Of a stretch of DNA of 64,000 nucleotides, positions 10,017 through 18,872 are shown piece after piece (the stretch's first letter is position 1; every line of letters starts with the position of its first letter). Below the pieces are notes generated by a model. The model ran no database searches, was not told where the DNA came from, and was given only the letters and a program-made list of their open reading frames with translations. This DNA comes from Bacteroidota bacterium (lineage in GTDB: Bacteria; Bacteroidota; Bacteroidia; AKYH767-A; 2013-40CM-41-45). Location: contig JAPLDA010000077.1 of the NCBI GenBank assembly GCA_026391945.1, positions 14,553 to 78,552 on the forward strand. Reading direction: 5' to 3'. Both the position numbers and the translations under genes were made by a program.

Positions 10017-10532
10017 ATGCAAATGAAAAACAAAAACCTGTTCTTAATTTCCGGAATGATCGCCCTGGCGGTGATTACACGATTCATTCCGCATCCGGAT
10101 AACTTCACAGCGATTGGTGCCATTGCATTATTCAGCGGATCGGTGATCCGCGACAAGCGGTTTGCATTCCTGGTTCCGGTGATTGCGCTGTTTATCTCCG
10201 ACCTCGTCATCGGCCTCCACCCGTCAGTGATTCCCGTTTATTCCTGTTTTGCGTTTACGGTGTTGCTGGGAATATCCATTTCCAAAAAACAGAACGTTCT
10301 CAACATTGCTGTGGCGTCAGCCATTTCTTCCATCGTTTTTTTCCTGGTCACCAACCTGCCTTTCTGGTATGCTGATCTCAGCCTGTATCCGTTGACGTTG
10401 CAAGGCACGATTCAAAGTTACACCATGGCTCTGCCATTTTTCTTCAACCAGCTCGCCGGTGATTTGTTTTACAACGGCCTCTTGTTTTTAGGTTATGTTT
10501 TTGTGAGTAAAAAAATCTTCAGCATCGCCTGA
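10017..10532 (+). CDS. DUF6580-like integral membrane protein, putative solitary ECF S-component-like vitamin transporter
   Basis: 171 aa with about 5-6 hydrophobic helices. The N-terminal motif TRFIPHPDNFTAIGAIALFSG and later FFLVTNL...YTMALPFF resemble the DUF6580 family (recalled, not searched). Confidence 0.7.
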   Translation: MQMKNKNLFLISGMIALAVITRFIPHPDNFTAIGAIALFSGSVIRDKRFAFLVPVIALFISDLVIGLHPSVIPVYSCFAFTVLLGISISKKQNVLNIAVASAISSIVFFLVTNLPFWYADLSLYPLTLQGTIQSYTMALPFFFNQLAGDLFYNGLLFLGYVFVSKKIFSIA

Positions 10533-10550
10533 CCATCTCGTTCTATTCTA

Positions 10551-10592
10551 AAAAAAATAAAACCTGTCTTACGGGACAGGTTTCTTTTTATT
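10551..10592. terminator. Intrinsic terminator-like hairpin AACCTGTC-TTACGG-GACAGGTT, flanked by A and T tracts
   Basis: Perfect 8-bp stem at 10561-10582 with a T-rich tail, downstream of the DUF6580-like gene. Confidence 0.7.
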
Positions 10593-10637
10593 TGTTCAAC
10601 CTTACGGGGTTGAAACGATAATCAATCTTACGGGACT
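10561..10637. repeat. Three tandem hairpins sharing the loop TTACGG (REP-like)
   Basis: AACCTGTC-TTACGG-GACAGGTT, TTCAACC-TTACGG-GGTTGAA and CAATC-TTACGG-GACTG, with loops at 10569, 10602 and 10628. Confidence 0.6.
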
Positions 10638-10923
10638 GAATTACAAGAATGAAAAAACTTAGCAAATGATTCTAAACACATGGATTATTACGCCGCTATT
10701 CAGGAATGGATTACCTGATTCAAACTCATATCTTACAATAAAAAGTACCGCTTATCATTACCATAGAGTGTCAAAACATCGACACAGGAGGATGAGTTCA
10801 AAGTCAAAAAGTACTTTTTTCACCTCGTTAACCTATTCAATTGGTTACTTAACAGAATTATTTTGAGCTAAATAAAAACATTTTGCATCTTGCCTTTCAT
10901 CTCAACCAGGCATATTGTTCAGA

Positions 10924-13900
10924 ATGAAGCAAAAAATAACACTTTTTTTACTTTTCACGTTTGCATTTTTTTGTCCGGACCTGTTTGCCCAGGCTCCGCC
11001 GGTTGTCGACTGGCAAAAATGTTTAGGGGGTTCGGGGACGGATATTGCCAACAAGGTCATTCATTCCAACGACGGAGGTTATATTCTTGCCGGAAGCACC
11101 ACTTCTTCCAATGGTGATATCACCGCCAATCATGGTTCCCGTGATATCTGGATTGTAAAAATGAACAACCAGGGCGTCGTGCAATGGCAAAAAACACTCG
11201 GTGGTTCGGCTTCTGATTTTGCAGCGTCTGTTTTCCAGCTACCCGGCAACGACATCATAGTTGGCGGGTATACTTCTTCCAATAACGGGAATGTTACCGG
11301 CAACCACGGAAGCATGGATGAGTGGCTGGTACGACTGGATGAATCCGGAAATATTTTGTGGCAGAAAACATTTGGCGGTTCCTCCGTCGATATTTGCAAT
11401 GCGGTGATTCCTGTTTCCGACGGAGGTTTCCTCCTTGCCGGAAGCACTTCTTCCAACAATGGAAACGTATCCGGCAACCATGGCAACAAAGATTTCTGGA
11501 TTGTAAAAACCGACAGTCTCGGCAACCTGCAATGGCAGCAGGCCTACGGAGGCAGCGCAGCAGATGAGTGTTTTTCGATCCGCGAAATTCCCGGCGGCAG
11601 CTTCATCGCTTCCGGCTACACCGGTTCCAATGACGGCCAGGTAACCGGCAACCATGGCGGCCTCGACTACTGGATGATCCGGATAAATTCATCAGGAAAC
11701 CTTCTCTGGCAAAAGTGCTTCGGAGGATCATCCAACGAAGTGGCGACATCCTCCCTGTTTACTGCTGACGGAAATATCCTGATCGGGGGATATTCCAATT
11801 CGAACGACGGCGATGTATACGATCATCATGGCAGCAGTGATTTCTGGCTTGTCGAGGTTGATTCATCCGGCGGAAGTTTAATTGCTGCCCGTTCCTACGG
11901 CGGATCTTATTCTGATATCGCTTATGATCTGATACCCACCGCCGATGGAGGTTATTTATTATCCGGCGGAAGCACGTCCAATGATTACGATGTAAACGGA
12001 AATTCAGGCGGTGAAGATTTCTGGCTGACAAAAACCGATGCTTACGGGAACATCGCCTGGGCGCGGACTTACGGAGGTCCAGGAAACGACCGTCCGGCTT
12101 CTGTAGTACAAAATGATGACGGAGGATTTTCCGTGGCCGGTTATACTTACAGCAACAACAGCCTCGTTTCAGGAAATCACGGCGGCGCCGACATCTGGTT
12201 CCTGACCTTATCCTGCCTCACTCCTGTTTCTGATTTTACAATTCCCTCTGATACCGTTTGCATCAACGCGATTGTAAATTTCACGAATGCATCCGTTCAC
12301 GCCGCACAATACGAATGGCAGAAAGACGGAATACTTTTTTCATACAACACGAATCCGAATTTCCAATTCTACTCAACAGGAACTTTTAAAATTTCACTCA
12401 TCAGCCATACCTGTTATGTAACCGACACGCTGGATAAATTCATCACCGTTGTCAGTTATCCGGTTGCATCCATTTCAACAGCGACTGCCTATTTGTGTGA
12501 TGGTGATACGGCCGTACTTTCTTCCGTAACAGCCGATCATTATACCTGGAGCACAGGCGACACGACTTCTTCCATTCCTGTTTATTCCGGTGGTACGTAT
12601 TCGCTTGCGATTACCTCTCATGGCTGCAGCGCTTCTGCTTCGTATTCAATCAATCAATACCATCTTCCGGAAATTAATCTCGGGAATGATACGGCGATCT
12701 GTTCCGGAAACTCCATCGTGCTTCATGCGCAGCCTGGTTACTCTTCCTACCTATGGCAGGATGGTTCTTCCGACTCACTCTTTACGGTGAATGCAGACGG
12801 CACCTATTCGGTTACGGTGAGCAACGGTTATTGTCATTCGGAATCTTCCGTTTCGGTGAGCATGATCAGCAATCCTTCACCGGTGATCACGGCAGGTGCA
12901 TCCCATTTATGTGATGGAGATTCAACAACACTTTCAACCGGAACTGCCGGCACTTATTTATGGAACACCGGTGACACCACTTCATCCATCTCCATCTTTG
13001 CAGGAGGAAATTATGCTGTCACCGTTTCTGAAAACGGCTGCAAGGGAACGGCATCTTTCAACATCAGCCAATATGCAAACCCGCTTATCAGCCTCGGCAA
13101 CGACACTACTATTTGTTCCAGCGACTCGATCATTCTCCATGTTCCGGGCGGTTACCAGTCGTACGTCTGGCAGGATGGTTCGTCCGACTCACTCTTTCCT
13201 GTTCATGCCGCCGGTTCTTATTCTGTAACCGTCAGCAATGGATACTGTCATTCGGAATCTTCCGTTTCGGTGAGCATGATCAGCAATCCTTCACCGGTGA
13301 TTAATACCGGAACTTCCTATTTATGCGATGGAAGTTCGACCACACTTTCAACCGGAACTGCTGATACTTATTTGTGGAATACCGGTGACACCATTTCTTC
13401 CATCTCCATCTTTGCAGGAGGAAATTATTCTGTCATGGTTTCTGAAAACGGCTGCAAGGGTTCAGCCTCCTTCAGCATCAGCCAATATTCAAATCCCGCA
13501 ATCAACCTGGGTAATGATACTACCATTTGTTCCGCAGACTCGATCATGCTACAGGTTCCCGCCGGTTACCAATCTTATGTTTGGCAGGATGGTTCTTCCG
13601 ATTCGGTTTTTCTTGTTTCATCAGGAGGTATTTATTCTGTTACCGTGAGCGATGGATTTTGTTCTTCCACCGACAGCATCGTCATTGCGACCAGAACCTG
13701 CATCGTTTTGTCAGCGAATTTTATTGCCAGCCAGAATTCAATATGCCAGAATTCATGCATCAGTTTCACCGACCTTTCACAAAATGCTGTTGTATGGCAT
13801 TGGTATTTTCCCGGAGCATCCACCTCATTTTCTGATCAGCAAAACCCGGTTAACATTTGCTATCCTGCTCCGGGTGATTATGCTGTTTACCTGATTGTAT

Positions 13901-14424
13901 ATGCTTCCGACAGTTCTGTAACCGGAATGATGCAGACCAACTTCATCACTGTTCATCCTGCTCCTTCAGTTCCGCAGATTACCATTACCAATGGAACTTT
14001 TCTCACCAGCACGCAGGCATCTTCTTACCAATGGCTGCTGAGTTCTGCCCCGGTTCAGGGTGAAACATTCCAGACATACAACGTCGTGCAGGAAGGATCT
14101 TATGCTGTTATGATTACAGATGAGTACGGATGTACCGCTGTTTCTGATTCAGTTTTCATCGGCTTTACAGGAATTCAGGATCCGGGAAGTTTATCGGAAC
14201 CCGGCATTTTCCCGAACCCTTCAAGTGGCCTGTTCACCATCAGGACGGGATCCGGTCAACCGGCGGAAATCGACATCAGGGATCTTACTGGAAAAATTAT
14301 TTACCAAACCACAGCCCTTGTCGAATGGAAAGCCGACCTGTCGCATTTTTCCAGCGGTGTCTATTTTATTACAATCAAAACAGTATCCGGATCATTCCAC
14401 AACCGGCTCCTGATCCGGCGATAG
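10924..14424 (+). CDS. T9SS type A cargo: N-terminal beta-propeller-like repeats (WQK.LGGS..D / NHG..D.W), PKD/Ig-like repeats and CTD
   Basis: Signal peptide MKQKITLFLLFTFAFFCPDLFAQ (ATG 10924 preferred over 10915). Repeated WQKxFGGS motifs, PKD motifs, and C-terminal IFPNPSSG...DLTGKII...SSGVYFITI. Confidence 0.88.
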   Translation: MKQKITLFLLFTFAFFCPDLFAQAPPVVDWQKCLGGSGTDIANKVIHSNDGGYILAGSTTSSNGDITANHGSRDIWIVKMNNQGVVQWQKTLGGSASDFAASVFQLPGNDIIVGGYTSSNNGNVTGNHGSMDEWLVRLDESGNILWQKTFGGSSVDICNAVIPVSDGGFLLAGSTSSNNGNVSGNHGNKDFWIVKTDSLGNLQWQQAYGGSAADECFSIREIPGGSFIASGYTGSNDGQVTGNHGGLDYWMIRINSSGNLLWQKCFGGSSNEVATSSLFTADGNILIGGYSNSNDGDVYDHHGSSDFWLVEVDSSGGSLIAARSYGGSYSDIAYDLIPTADGGYLLSGGSTSNDYDVNGNSGGEDFWLTKTDAYGNIAWARTYGGPGNDRPASVVQNDDGGFSVAGYTYSNNSLVSGNHGGADIWFLTLSCLTPVSDFTIPSDTVCINAIVNFTNASVHAAQYEWQKDGILFSYNTNPNFQFYSTGTFKISLISHTCYVTDTLDKFITVVSYPVASISTATAYLCDGDTAVLSSVTADHYTWSTGDTTSSIPVYSGGTYSLAITSHGCSASASYSINQYHLPEINLGNDTAICSGNSIVLHAQPGYSSYLWQDGSSDSLFTVNADGTYSVTVSNGYCHSESSVSVSMISNPSPVITAGASHLCDGDSTTLSTGTAGTYLWNTGDTTSSISIFAGGNYAVTVSENGCKGTASFNISQYANPLISLGNDTTICSSDSIILHVPGGYQSYVWQDGSSDSLFPVHAAGSYSVTVSNGYCHSESSVSVSMISNPSPVINTGTSYLCDGSSTTLSTGTADTYLWNTGDTISSISIFAGGNYSVMVSENGCKGSASFSISQYSNPAINLGNDTTICSADSIMLQVPAGYQSYVWQDGSSDSVFLVSSGGIYSVTVSDGFCSSTDSIVIATRTCIVLSANFIASQNSICQNSCISFTDLSQNAVVWHWYFPGASTSFSDQQNPVNICYPAPGDYAVYLIVYASDSSVTGMMQTNFITVHPAPSVPQITITNGTFLTSTQASSYQWLLSSAPVQGETFQTYNVVQEGSYAVMITDEYGCTAVSDSVFIGFTGIQDPGSLSEPGIFPNPSSGLFTIRTGSGQPAEIDIRDLTGKIIYQTTALVEWKADLSHFSSGVYFITIKTVSGSFHNRLLIRR
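12457..13692 (+). repeat. Intragenic tandem triplication with a 414-nt (138-aa) period
   Basis: Three copies of LCDG..T.LS...Y.W.TGDT...NLGNDT.IC...YxWQDGSSDS...YSVTVS.G.C. The 56 nt at 12832-12887 are identical to 13246-13301. Confidence 0.9.
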
Positions 14425-14540
14425 CAAAATATCTTTTCTTACTTTTTGTTTTCTTTCATTTGCTACGTATCAGAATTTTATTACTTTGCTGCCACTTTTC
14501 TCCCCTGACTCATTTATTACTGCTAAAGAAAAGTTAATCA

Positions 14541-14897
14541 ATGAACAGTCAAACTGCGGAGAATACTCCCCACAGAATTCGTTTCAACTTCGCCATTACC
14601 GGCTATGTATTCCTGTTCCCGGTCATACTTTTTTGGACGTATTGGTTTGTTTGCTTCGTCATCAACCCAACATCGGAAGAACGGCTGATCATGTTTTACC
14701 AGTTGATTCCACAGCGCTTATGCGGGATGCAGGCTAATGGTTTCATGGTGTTGCTGTGCCTGACTGCCTTGTCATTGGGCATCACAGAAAAAATGATCTT
14801 CAGAAAAAAATGGTACAAGACTGAACATTACATTCAGTTCCTGATTTTACTAAGCGGCTTCATGCTTTTCATCAACGTCTTCCAGGTCATTTTCTGA
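14541..14897 (+). CDS. Small hypothetical membrane protein (about 3 TM)
   Basis: 118-aa ORF with three hydrophobic stretches, co-oriented with its neighbours. Confidence 0.6.
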   Translation: MNSQTAENTPHRIRFNFAITGYVFLFPVILFWTYWFVCFVINPTSEERLIMFYQLIPQRLCGMQANGFMVLLCLTALSLGITEKMIFRKKWYKTEHYIQFLILLSGFMLFINVFQVIF

Positions 14898-14999
14898 TCC
14901 ATCCATCTCTGGTTTACCGGCTTTTCTGTTTCGTATTTCCGGAGTCATCGGAATTTCAATTCTCCGTTCATCACCACACCAACCTGGCTTCTTTATTAT

Positions 15000-15007
15000 T
15001 AACTTTG
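15000..15007 (+). promoter_or_regulatory. -7 promoter element (TAACTTTG) of uvrA
   Basis: TAnnTTTG match 19 nt upstream of the ATG at 15027. Confidence 0.55.
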
Positions 15008-15026
15008 CGAATTCCGGATTTTCAGA

Positions 15027-17951
15027 ATGGCTACAGTCGATCAGCTTGATCCAAAAAATTTCATCATCATCAAAGGAGCACGGGTTCACAACCTGAAGAA
15101 CATTGATGTTGCTTTTCCGCGCAATAAATTCATTGTGATTACCGGCTTGTCGGGTTCAGGAAAATCGTCGCTTGCATTTGACACGCTCTATGCTGAAGGC
15201 CAGCGCAGGTACGTGGAAAGCCTTAGTTCTTATGCCAGGCAGTTTTTAGGAAGAATGGATAAACCGGATGTTGATTACATCAAAGGAATTGCACCGGCCG
15301 TTGCCATTGAACAAAAGGTAAACACCCGGAATCCGCGCTCTACGGTCGGGACATCGACGGAGATTTATGATTACCTGAAATTACTTTTTGCACGGATCGG
15401 CATCACCATGTCTCCCATATCAGGGAAGCCGGTAAAAAAACATTCGGTGGATGATGTCGTGGATTACTTATTTCCGCTGCCGGAAAATACTCGCTGCATC
15501 CTGTACGCACCGCTGCAGATTCATCCCGAAAGAAACATTGCTGAAGAACTGAAAGTGCTGATGCAAAAAGGTTTTGTACGCGTTCTCCTCGCCGGGGAAA
15601 TTAAAAAAATAGAAGATCTTCTTGCTGATGAATCCGGAGCATCACTCCGGCAACTGAATGAATCACTCGGGTACGATGAAAACCGTCCGGCGAAAAAGAA
15701 GACGGTGAAAAATACAGTACCGAATGCGGCACCCAAACAAATGATCAGCGTGGTGATTGATCGTTTCAATATTCTGCACAACAATGAAAGTGTGAAATTC
15801 AGGGTGGCCGACTCGGTTCAGACTGCTTTCTTCGAAGGACACGGTGATTGCTCTGTTGAATATGAAAATGAAAACCTGGAGAAAATCAGCCTTCATTTTT
15901 CCAATCGCTTTGAAGCCGACGGAATGGTTTTCGAAGAACCGGGCACTCACCTGTTCAGTTTCAACAATCCATACGGAGCCTGCAAAAAGTGTGAAGGGTT
16001 CGGGTCGGTGATCGGTATCGACGAAGACCTGGTGATTCCTGACAAGAGTTTATCCGTGTATGAAGGCGCCATCGTATGCTGGAGAGGTGATAAAATGAAA
16101 GAGTGGAATGAACAGCTGATCAAAAATTCTTACAAGTTTGATTTCCCTGTGCACCGGCCGTACTACGATCTTACGCCGGGAGAAAAAGAACTGCTCTGGA
16201 CGGGAAATAAATTTTTCGACGGGCTGAATAAATTTTTCCAGTACATCGAAACACAGTCCTATAAAATTCAATACCGCGTGATGCTTTCGAGGTACCGTGG
16301 CCGCACCACCTGCCCGGATTGCAAGGGAACACGACTGAGAAAAGATGCATCGTATGTAAAAATCAATTCGAAATCCATCACTGAAATTGTTTTGATGCCG
16401 GTGAGTGATTCACTTCAGTTCTTTCAGAACATTTCACTTACCGACTATGAACGGCAGGTTTCAAAAAGACTGCTCACCGAAATAACAAACCGTTTGCAGT
16501 TTCTTTCTGACGTAGGACTCGGTTATCTTACACTGAACCGTTTATCTAACACCTTATCCGGCGGGGAATCACAACGCATCAACCTCGCTACATCACTTGG
16601 AAGCAGTCTGGTTGGTTCGATGTACATCCTTGATGAGCCAAGCATCGGACTTCACCCGCGAGATACGCTGCGGTTGATCGGTGTGCTGAATTCACTGCGT
16701 GATCTTGGCAACACGGTGATCGTGGTGGAGCACGACGAAGAAATCATGCGTGCTTCCGACGAGCTGATCGACATTGGTCCGGATGCAGGACAACTCGGTG
16801 GCGAATTGATTTACCAGGGAACGTTCAACGACATCTTAAAAAATAATACAAGCTACACAGGCCGCTACCTGGGCGGTAAAGAAAGCATACCACTTCCCTA
16901 CCGCCGGCGTTTCGGAAATGGTTTTGTGAGGGTTGAAGGAGCCCGGGAAAACAACCTGAAAAACCTGGATGTGAAATTCCCTCTTGGAGTGCTCACGGTG
17001 GTAACCGGCGTAAGCGGCTCAGGTAAAACATCCCTTGTAAAAAAGGTGTTGTATCCTTCGCTGAAAAAAATTCATGGAGGCTATGGAGAACAAAGCGGGT
17101 TGTTTGACAAGATCAGCGGCGACTACAACAAAATCCAGTCGGTGGAATTTGTTGACCAGAACCCGATCGGGAAATCATCGCGGTCGAATCCCGTTACCTA
17201 CATTAAAGCGTATGATGAAATACGTTCACTCTATTCAGACCTCCCGCTTTCCAGATCGCGAAAATACAGGCCGGCACATTTTTCCTTCAACGTGGAAGGT
17301 GGTCGCTGCGAAGTTTGTGAAGGCGAAGGCGAAGTGACCATTGAAATGCAGTTCATGGCCGACATCCACCTGGTGTGTGAAGAATGCCGCGGAAAAAGAT
17401 TCAAGCATGAAATTCTCGACGTCGAATACAAAGGAAAAAATATTGCAGATGTTCTGGACATGACCGTAAATGAAGCCATTGCCTTTTTCAGTTTCCCGAT
17501 CAAATCATTCGGCAACGATCAGAAAATTGCTACGAAGCTGAAACCACTGGCTGACGTAGGCCTTGGATATGTCCACCTCGGGCAATCCAGTTCCACGCTG
17601 AGCGGCGGTGAAGCACAGAGAACCAAACTGGCTTCGTTTCTCGGGAAAGGAAGATCGCATGAGCATACACTTTTTATTTTTGATGAACCCACCACAGGAT
17701 TGCATTTTCATGACATCAAAAAACTTCTTCAGTCGTTCGATGCACTGATTGAACAGGGCAACAGCATCCTGGTGATTGAACACAACCCGGATGTGATCAA
17801 ATGTGCAGACTGGGTGATTGATCTCGGCCCTGAAGGCGGCGCTGCCGGCGGGCACATTGTATTCGAAGGAACTCCTGACGACCTGGTGAATTGCGAACAA
17901 TCGTACACCGGGAAATTTTTGAAGGAGAAAATAAAACAGGCTGTTGTCTGA
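15027..17951 (+). CDS. uvrA: Excinuclease ABC subunit A
   Basis: [11 protein letters not shown], Walker [24 protein letters not shown], two LSGGE signatures, Zn-finger CxxC motifs, second Walker A GVSGSGKT. Confidence 0.97.
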   Translation: MATVDQLDPKNFIIIKGARVHNLKNIDVAFPRNKFIVITGLSGSGKSSLAFDTLYAEGQRRYVESLSSYARQFLGRMDKPDVDYIKGIAPAVAIEQKVNTRNPRSTVGTSTEIYDYLKLLFARIGITMSPISGKPVKKHSVDDVVDYLFPLPENTRCILYAPLQIHPERNIAEELKVLMQKGFVRVLLAGEIKKIEDLLADESGASLRQLNESLGYDENRPAKKKTVKNTVPNAAPKQMISVVIDRFNILHNNESVKFRVADSVQTAFFEGHGDCSVEYENENLEKISLHFSNRFEADGMVFEEPGTHLFSFNNPYGACKKCEGFGSVIGIDEDLVIPDKSLSVYEGAIVCWRGDKMKEWNEQLIKNSYKFDFPVHRPYYDLTPGEKELLWTGNKFFDGLNKFFQYIETQSYKIQYRVMLSRYRGRTTCPDCKGTRLRKDASYVKINSKSITEIVLMPVSDSLQFFQNISLTDYERQVSKRLLTEITNRLQFLSDVGLGYLTLNRLSNTLSGGESQRINLATSLGSSLVGSMYILDEPSIGLHPRDTLRLIGVLNSLRDLGNTVIVVEHDEEIMRASDELIDIGPDAGQLGGELIYQGTFNDILKNNTSYTGRYLGGKESIPLPYRRRFGNGFVRVEGARENNLKNLDVKFPLGVLTVVTGVSGSGKTSLVKKVLYPSLKKIHGGYGEQSGLFDKISGDYNKIQSVEFVDQNPIGKSSRSNPVTYIKAYDEIRSLYSDLPLSRSRKYRPAHFSFNVEGGRCEVCEGEGEVTIEMQFMADIHLVCEECRGKRFKHEILDVEYKGKNIADVLDMTVNEAIAFFSFPIKSFGNDQKIATKLKPLADVGLGYVHLGQSSSTLSGGEAQRTKLASFLGKGRSHEHTLFIFDEPTTGLHFHDIKKLLQSFDALIEQGNSILVIEHNPDVIKCADWVIDLGPEGGAAGGHIVFEGTPDDLVNCEQSYTGKFLKEKIKQAVV

Positions 17952-18059
17952 ATCAGCCATTAAGAGAAAAATCCGTTTCATTTTGCAATTTATCTTCACT
18001 CAAACCGTTAACGATGTTTTGAAAGAATACTTTATCTTTATCACCGTTAATTTTACTCC

Positions 18060-18701
18060 ATGAAAAAGTACTTTCTCCTTCTTGTTCTTGTTACGTTGAT
18101 GCTTGCCAAAAGCGATGGACAGAAACTTCAGAAAAATGATCTCGTGCAGTTCTCCGGTGTGGTGGTTACCGGCGACAGCCTTCGCCCGGTTCCGTTTGCC
18201 AGCATCATGATCAAAAGTACGTTTCGCGGAACCATCAGCGATTACTACGGATTCTTTTCCTTCGTGGCAAGGATGCGCGACACGGTAGAGTTTTCCGCTC
18301 TTGGTTTCAAGAAAACAACTTTTATCATTCCGGATACTCTCACCGACAACCGTTGCTCACTCATCCAGATATTGAAAGGCGATACCATCAACCTTCCTGA
18401 AGCAAGAGTTTTTCCATGGCCATCGAAAGAACAATTCAAAGAAGCATTCCTGACACTTCACATTCCTGATGATGACATGGAACGTGCAAAGAAAAATCTT
18501 GATCCATACAAAATGATTTTCCTTGCTGAAAACACCCCGATGGATGGCAGCATGAATTTCAGGAACCAGATGCAACAGCAATCTTCAAGACTTTATTATT
18601 CCGGGCAGTTGCCTCCCAACAACCTGCTCAACCCGATTGCATGGGCTAAATTTATCCAGGCATGGCAGGACGGAGCTTTTAAGAGCAGGGAATATAAATG
18701 A
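18060..18701 (+). CDS. Carboxypeptidase-regulatory-like (CarboxypepD_reg) domain exported protein
   Basis: Signal peptide; QFSGVVVTGDSLRPVPFASI...GTISDYYGFFS...FSALGFK; conserved-looking tail NLLNPIAWAKFI. Confidence 0.75.
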   Translation: MKKYFLLLVLVTLMLAKSDGQKLQKNDLVQFSGVVVTGDSLRPVPFASIMIKSTFRGTISDYYGFFSFVARMRDTVEFSALGFKKTTFIIPDTLTDNRCSLIQILKGDTINLPEARVFPWPSKEQFKEAFLTLHIPDDDMERAKKNLDPYKMIFLAENTPMDGSMNFRNQMQQQSSRLYYSGQLPPNNLLNPIAWAKFIQAWQDGAFKSREYK

Positions 18702-18712
18702 GACGTTGGTGG

Positions 18713-18870
18713 TAGATGTTAGACGTCAGACACAAGATGCAAGATACAAACCTCCAAATCCCAATATTCGATAAGACCACGGAAGAGGAGACGATAAAAG
18801 AAACGATAAGCAGACTCAATCAACTTAATCAACAAATCCAAAATCCAAAAATCTAAAATCCAAAAATCAA
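18713..18870. repeat. Degenerate 7(-8)-nt-period intergenic repeats
   Basis: tagatgt tagacgt cagacac aagatgc aagatac (18713-18747), then aaatcca aaatcca aaaatct aaaatcc aaaaatc (18834 onward). Confidence 0.75.
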
Positions 18871-18872
18871 GT

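Noticed and set aside
10649-10718. Tiny ORFs MKKLSK and MDYYAAIQEWIT as leader peptides
   Set aside because: No attenuator structure or relevant biosynthetic operon follows; compatible with chance in AT-rich DNA.
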